A model generated the notes under the pieces. It saw only the letters and a program-made list of their open reading frames with translations, made no database searches and was not told the DNA's origin. The position numbers were made by a program, and so were the translations under genes. Source: a virus (Duplodnaviria > Caudoviricetes). Taken from it: a DNA stretch of 64,000 bases. How positions within the stretch are numbered: the first letter of the stretch is position 1; every line of letters starts with the position of its first letter. This document shows positions 59,501 through 64,000 of this stretch, piece by piece. The DNA lies in the IMG/VR virus record IMGVR_UViG_3300028833_000075, positions 1-64,000 of that record. The stretch is one strand, 5' to 3'.

Positions 59501-62405
59501 GCTTCGCAAGCTCTTCAAGGTTCTCCATCGACTTTGTATAGAGCCGCTGTTCGTCTCCCTGGACGAAGCTTGAATCCTGCCATTTATTTTCTTTGAGAAT
59601 TTCTCCAAGAGTGTCTGTTAGCAAAGCATCTTCCTCTTTAATTCTGGCTTGTGCTTCTTTTAAAGCCGGAAGACATTCACCGTATACTTTATCAGATAAT
59701 TCTGCAAACTTTCTTGTCAGTTCGTTGATGCCATTAAGATCGCTTTCTGTATCAGGAATAAAACTATTTAATACTTGATACATCTTATCGTTTAAATATA
59801 TTTTTGAAGCATATCCCTGAACACGAAAGTAATGTGAAGATAACGGTTCGTTTTGACATACAATACGTACGTGGCGTGTTTTTGCAGGCGTCTGAACTAC
59901 TCCTGCGCCGCCAACAGCTTGAGAAGAAATAAATCTGGAGTTAATGTCATAAAATACACACAAACTGTTATTTGGTAAAGAATACTCATATGGAGTTGAT
60001 TCATACACAATAAGATTGCTGCTGCGGACCATAGAAGACGAATCGATTTCGACGCCATTAAACGGATCGACTGAACCGTTTGTAAAACCTCGGAGTTCAT
60101 TCTCGGCTGGATATGTTACAGCATCGAATGGATATACGGAAGCCGTGACGATGTTTGCCACGTTATCTCCGTTTTGATATACGTATCCTGTTGTGCTTTC
60201 GAGTTTCAATGTATTGGTTGCACGATCTGTTGTAAACGTCCAGTAAAACGCAAACTCATTCGGTATTGCGTAGTTGCCTGCATTTAAGTTCGCAGAACTT
60301 ACATAATGTTCATAAAGCCCTTTGTATAGCATATCCCGTCTGCGGCAATAATAGAAAACTTTTGTAAACATGGCCGCAAGCCGTTGTTCAACAACAGATT
60401 CATATTTTACCCATTTTCCAGACTCTCTGTGATGAAGTGTTCTGTATTTTGTATTGTAAAAATACTGACCATTGGAAGCATTGTTCGGAGCCTCGTTAGC
60501 AACATATGCAATTTGCCATGTTCTGTCTCCTCTGGCACCCCAACAGAAATATAATGTGCCGGGTTCGTAAAGCGTTTCCGAATACTTGTAATACCATCCA
60601 TAACTGGAATGGATCGCAGTTGTATCGGGCTGGAGTTCTGTTGTGGAACCGAAATAAACAGGATGCTTTTCAGTCACCTCTGTTGTTTGTGTTTCAAGGT
60701 TTTCGAGAACTGCTTCATCTTCAACCTGTTTAGCACCAAGCATACCGGACATACTGTTTGTACAGAAAAGATACACCCTGTCTGTATTGGTGTATCCCCA
60801 TCCTTCAGCGTTTATACGAATTGCAGAAGGATAGTCATCTTGTATATTGTAAGAATAATACGTTGGCTCTCCATCCAGTCCGACATACAATGTGTTGTTT
60901 GAGTCGTATATTCCCGTTACGTATGCTTTATCCCATGTTCCGTCCTGATGGACTACGTAAATAACACTTCCGATTCCATCGAAAGGATCTCCATTTGTTT
61001 TAAACTTTTTTGCTACATGCCATTGAAAATAATCCTTCTCAGCCGAATCGTAATCAGATCTGTATATAATACCGTCTGGTGTCTCTGGCGTATTGTTCAG
61101 GTATATCTTAGTGTATCCATTATCTGTACCGTATCGAAGTACGTTAAGTTTGGCGAACCCGGTATTGGATTCTCCGACTTGGCTTAATTCCCATTCGTAT
61201 GCCGCAAGATCACTTGCTGCCTTTTCGCTGATGTCGTAATACACGGACATAGATCGCTGGAATTTAGCGACTTCTTGAAACATATCGTCGGTTAACAAGC
61301 CTACTTCATTGTAATAATTGAAGTCCATCAAATAAGGGAATTTATTGACAACAGATTTCTTTGTCCCGCTGATATGAGAGAACGAACCATCTGGTTCTTT
61401 AACAACTTTATAAGCCTTTTGAGTGTTGTCATTCCAAACATAACTCCGACTTGCAAAATCAAGTTTAGACCATATTAATTTCTGACCTGCTATAAGAGTT
61501 TCTGTAGGAGAAAAATAGTAATAAGCGCCTGTATCATCCTGAAATTCCAGCCATGATCCGGCAGGGGAGGCAGGAGCGGTAAATTCGTACTCGTCATGCT
61601 CGCACGTTTGGATACTGCAATAACCTGTGACTTCGCTTCCGTAAGCACCGTAGCAGTATAAACGGGTAATCATATTCTCCGTGTTGACTGTTTTCTCGAA
61701 GTTCTTGATATTCCTGTCGTAATGAAGTTCTATAACATTGCGGCCGTCCATAACTTCCTGAGGAACTGTACCCGCATCTGTCTTTGAGAACGGATTCATG
61801 CTGACGATGTCAATGGTTCTGTTCCCGCCGTGATATACAGGCGATGCTTCAAATAATTCACAAAGCTGCTGAATCAGACTGAGAGCTCCGGCCCCGGCAG
61901 ATGAAGACATGCTTCGCTTCTTAATGCTTCCATCTTCTTCAGTGAAAACCTCTACATATCCTCGTGTCCATCCGGTTCCTTCCAGAATAGTGTCGAGTAA
62001 AGCGTCTGCTGTTCCAACGTTGTTTCCTTCTTCATCGGAGAATTCAAGATCGATAGCTTTGTTTTTTAAGTTAGATGAAATATGGGGGGCACGAACATCA
62101 ACATCTTCCGAGAAATGATTGTGGACAATCCTCGGCTCGGATATGATGAAATAATCCACCTCGTCATCATCGATTGTCCGCAGGCGGTATTCCGCCTTTA
62201 AGAACGAAAGCCTGTAGTTTTTTTCGATGCCTTCCCCCGTATTGTAAACAGAAGGTACGCTAAAAGTGAGCTCCTTATTTCCGTTCCGTTCTGTAATAAC
62301 AAATACATCGTGCGCACATCCGGATACTTTATTATGATTGTCGTACAGATTGCATAATACGGTATTTGAATAGTCGCATATGTCTAACCGTAAAATTCGC
62401 TTCAC
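56592..62405 (-). CDS. large baseplate hub/tail (Tal-like) protein
   Basis: follows Dit; N-terminal prophage-tail-like region (ILEGTGW, ITRLY); fibre-like C-terminus. Confidence 0.8.
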   Translation of the reverse strand: MKRILRLDICDYSNTVLCNLYDNHNKVSGCAHDVFVITERNGNKELTFSVPSVYNTGEGIEKNYRLSFLKAEYRLRTIDDDEVDYFIISEPRIVHNHFSEDVDVRAPHISSNLKNKAIDLEFSDEEGNNVGTADALLDTILEGTGWTRGYVEVFTEEDGSIKKRSMSSSAGAGALSLIQQLCELFEASPVYHGGNRTIDIVSMNPFSKTDAGTVPQEVMDGRNVIELHYDRNIKNFEKTVNTENMITRLYCYGAYGSEVTGYCSIQTCEHDEYEFTAPASPAGSWLEFQDDTGAYYYFSPTETLIAGQKLIWSKLDFASRSYVWNDNTQKAYKVVKEPDGSFSHISGTKKSVVNKFPYLMDFNYYNEVGLLTDDMFQEVAKFQRSMSVYYDISEKAASDLAAYEWELSQVGESNTGFAKLNVLRYGTDNGYTKIYLNNTPETPDGIIYRSDYDSAEKDYFQWHVAKKFKTNGDPFDGIGSVIYVVHQDGTWDKAYVTGIYDSNNTLYVGLDGEPTYYSYNIQDDYPSAIRINAEGWGYTNTDRVYLFCTNSMSGMLGAKQVEDEAVLENLETQTTEVTEKHPVYFGSTTELQPDTTAIHSSYGWYYKYSETLYEPGTLYFCWGARGDRTWQIAYVANEAPNNASNGQYFYNTKYRTLHHRESGKWVKYESVVEQRLAAMFTKVFYYCRRRDMLYKGLYEHYVSSANLNAGNYAIPNEFAFYWTFTTDRATNTLKLESTTGYVYQNGDNVANIVTASVYPFDAVTYPAENELRGFTNGSVDPFNGVEIDSSSMVRSSNLIVYESTPYEYSLPNNSLCVFYDINSRFISSQAVGGAGVVQTPAKTRHVRIVCQNEPLSSHYFRVQGYASKIYLNDKMYQVLNSFIPDTESDLNGINELTRKFAELSDKVYGECLPALKEAQARIKEEDALLTDTLGEILKENKWQDSSFVQGDEQRLYTKSMENLEELAKPEITYTFDFLDLYGSNHDIHYYENNDVEWPDIKITDAAHLVDPELKESVWAYIDRINKCYDQEWRTTLDINTKLSLVGQHEFTDVLTRIAEVAKDIKGKQNIYDRAAMLNSGSIPSDKLEGTIQLNQTVLKGGASNYYTDPNGNIIFESADGLSAMILGGRGLGISNQKTEDGDWLYRSALTGTGLTADVITTGYMSADRIEAGSITTDKLSSNVGQELEISSNKALLLYATVNGSRPAGTVKTTDAIIEIKAGNETDKAQVNVISGGELNMTGGDINISSQGKLDLQSSGEFHLRSNGADNINSTADGLYMGSDGVNFGGGKFKVVFSGNSSAVIAKSQSIFFGDLTYINNGQTYNYPIESVLSGAALKVDSINGNVDLLANNTINIGAGKTLTLLSGGNVLIGNSGSPFTIGSNGTVAYIYNGKTTLSDTTHNGAYYGTDGLIVGKVGGNYVKATADGTVDITGTIHTGDGDIAGWAISSATLKGNKTGLAKTNSDTAIAIWAGTTDPDATNTPFYVRQDGYVKMSNLNVSGGTINVNNNFIVASDGSATINKGSITIGSNFSVSPTGVLKATSGEFSGKITAEEGTIGDWNIRTGKLDSSSGTTYVALDSSTTLYPKSGTTTPVDTMYAFWCGANAPNSAPFSVTKDGVVTISQLRVNIGTAVSPNYQVVDMNKWFSSDDPEDFDVTVAMGKLKFQTVKSIKVDSVTGKVTINLTTSGGGTRGVSFDSAVSLSGAWDGTTYSISAITGTIKGTIPTTSIYQDIVGTPNPSKTIYANIYHDSPSSENLINTTEMTLKENVSSKTVTLSSNTFVKGSISTAATYNAGHTEGYNDGYGDASGRVSLKTNAYSIDYDETYRLTVPVRGYDGSTLVNSTRTIVFSGPPAVADVTVSSIARSGDTITATLSNGNTGTLTLESHTNCASGLTRYNNGNQIALYYTDSSGRYVSAGNRYWYYRSSAQSLHTYYT

Positions 62406-62420
62406 CTTTAGTCACCACCT

Positions 62421-63503
62421 TTATGCGAATGTCGGTTTGAAATAGAATGACAGTTTATCTAAACTGATAGATGTAACGGGAACCACTTCGAGTTGATTCA
62501 TACTCATAATTGTGGTTCTGAAAGGTTTCGTAATTGCGCTGATGCCGTCTACTGTTAACGTATGAATATCCGGCTGATCCGTGATTTTACGCCAGCCGTT
62601 AACATAAATATATTTGTCGATATAATCTTCTTCCAGTTTATTTGATACGGTAATATTGTTTCCGCTGTTACCTGTGACATAGATTTTTCTATTGGCAGGA
62701 TAGTCAGGAGCAAGTTCAATAAAACCATAATCGTGATAAAGGAACGCAAGAGAAGCATCACTGCCGTCTTCAAGGGATAATATTGTTTTGCCGCTGATGC
62801 CATCCACGGTAACGACTTTATTTACGTTTGTCGTTTTTGCTTTCGACATAGCAACAAGTTTCATTTCTTGATCGGTTGTTTTGTTTCTGATGATAACACC
62901 TGCTCCGACATCTCCGGCAGCGATAACAGTTAAAGCTGCCCTTTCCGTTCCAGGGTTGCCAAGCGTAAACGAAAATGTATTAGGTTTAGTAAGATTGATA
63001 TTCGTGAACGCTTGATCAGGAGCCATGCCGTCAGTGTCGTACAGGGCTGAGTTTTCCATTATGTTTTCGTGATTCGGTGTTAACCGAAGGCTATACAAAT
63101 CATCACATCTTGCAAAAGGGTAATATGCTTTCATTGTTATTTTGATAATTCCGTTCAGATAGTTGGATAATTCGTGATCATCGTATTCGGTTACGGTTGC
63201 ATAATAATAACACCATGGCCGCCGCTTAAATATCAGTTTTCCGGATTTTCCAACTTTAAACAGATGTTGAATTTTTGTAAATAAGCCTTTGTCAATTACA
63301 GTTTCTTCGAAAAAACACCGCAAGATAAACTGTTTAGGATCTCTGGATGCTCCGTAAAAATATCCACCGTTATGTCCGTCGAACGTCTCTTCGTAAACTT
63401 TTGTAGTTGCAGAACCGTATACATATGTATCTTCCAGTTCAGGAGCATACTCAAGGCCGACGTCCTGAATGTCTACGCCGCAAAAAGAAAACCCACCTTT
63501 CAC
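62421..63503 (-). CDS. distal tail protein (Dit-like)
   Basis: GFSFCG...G.DG..F...GKLIF...YY...ITMKAYYPFA; lies between TMP and Tal. Confidence 0.75.
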   Translation of the reverse strand: MKGGFSFCGVDIQDVGLEYAPELEDTYVYGSATTKVYEETFDGHNGGYFYGASRDPKQFILRCFFEETVIDKGLFTKIQHLFKVGKSGKLIFKRRPWCYYYATVTEYDDHELSNYLNGIIKITMKAYYPFARCDDLYSLRLTPNHENIMENSALYDTDGMAPDQAFTNINLTKPNTFSFTLGNPGTERAALTVIAAGDVGAGVIIRNKTTDQEMKLVAMSKAKTTNVNKVVTVDGISGKTILSLEDGSDASLAFLYHDYGFIELAPDYPANRKIYVTGNSGNNITVSNKLEEDYIDKYIYVNGWRKITDQPDIHTLTVDGISAITKPFRTTIMSMNQLEVVPVTSISLDKLSFYFKPTFA

Positions 63504-63530
63504 GTTAACACCTCCTTTTCTTTTAAAAAT

Positions 63531-63563
63531 AAGGGAGAAGAGGCGTTAAACCTCTTCTCCCTT
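63531..63563 (-). terminator. hairpin after the tape-measure gene
   Basis: AAGGGAGAAGAGG/CCTCTTCTCCCTT 13-bp stem. Confidence 0.6.
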
Positions 63564-63633
63564 CCCCTTATATGCGTTTTCGAATGGTTCCATTTTAAAC
63601 AGAATTAAAAGGAATGATAACCATTTAAAAACC

Positions 63634-64000
63634 TTACATCGTATAAGCGGCAAGGTTAAAGCCGTTCTTTGAAAGCTGCTTAGTAAATGCTTTTCCGACC
63701 TTTTGTGCAATAACATCGTAATCGGCGTCATTTTCCAATTTGGCTTCATAAAGATTGACATTAACATCGCCGATTGAAATCATAGGCTCATTACTGCCAA
63801 GAGGAATCTGATCAAACGTGGTTAAAGGCATCGTCCGAATATAATTAAAGGAGTCAAGCATTAACCGAAGAGATTCCGTATCGTAGGAATTAAGGAATGC
63901 TTCCGGTTTTTGCTTTGTGCCGTCGACCCACGCAGGACCAGTGTAATCAACATAGCCACCTTCTTTGAAGATTTTTGTAGCCCAAGTAGGCTTTGTGCTA
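63634..64000 (-). CDS. tape measure protein C-terminus (partial)
   Basis: frame reads FKEGGYVDYTGPAWVDGTKQKPEAFLN..., typical of TMP C-termini, upstream of Dit. Confidence 0.75.
   Translation of the reverse strand, partial: STKPTWATKIFKEGGYVDYTGPAWVDGTKQKPEAFLNSYDTESLRLMLDSFNYIRTMPLTTFDQIPLGSNEPMISIGDVNVNLYEAKLENDADYDVIAQKVGKAFTKQLSKNGFNLAAYTM

Noticed and set aside
32321-62803. many short + strand and alternate-frame ORFs inside the large structural genes
   Set aside because: They are shadows of long - strand genes, with no RBS or recognisable motifs.

Overview
The window is a 64-kb piece of a large temperate tailed phage, probably a siphovirus of an anaerobic Clostridia-type host (inferred from gene content). 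It has two converging arms that meet at a terminator near 26.1 kb. The + arm (1-26.1 kb) carries nucleotide metabolism genes (NrdH-like redoxin, class III RNR nrdD split by two group I introns with homing-endonuclease ORFs, nrdG, a ferredoxin:thioredoxin-reductase-like protein, dUTPase, ThyX), a RuvC-like resolvase, an Xis/attP/tyrosine-integrase unit, HU, a ~6-kb array of small mosaic Cys-rich genes, a stand-alone ncRNA, RtcB and other accessory genes. The attP holds the 5' half of tRNA-Ser(CGA) behind its own promoter. The - arm (64 kb back to 26.1 kb) carries the tape-measure C-terminus, Dit, a large tail protein, many fibre/adhesin proteins and the lysis genes. Main observations: (i) an unannotated shufflon-like invertible fibre-tip cassette at 48.1-48.6 kb, with more sites of the same family to 49.7 kb and a 23/24-nt copy of one site 31 kb away in the accessory array; (ii) a combinatorial gene array built on DNA microhomology boxes (15.4-21.2 kb); (iii) a promoter- and terminator-bounded ~155-nt structured RNA, possibly 6S-like; (iv) paired N-/C-terminal docking-like motifs on adjacent fibre genes; (v) a split six-gene module of unknown function with a papain-like protease. 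All assignments are by eye, with no database searches.
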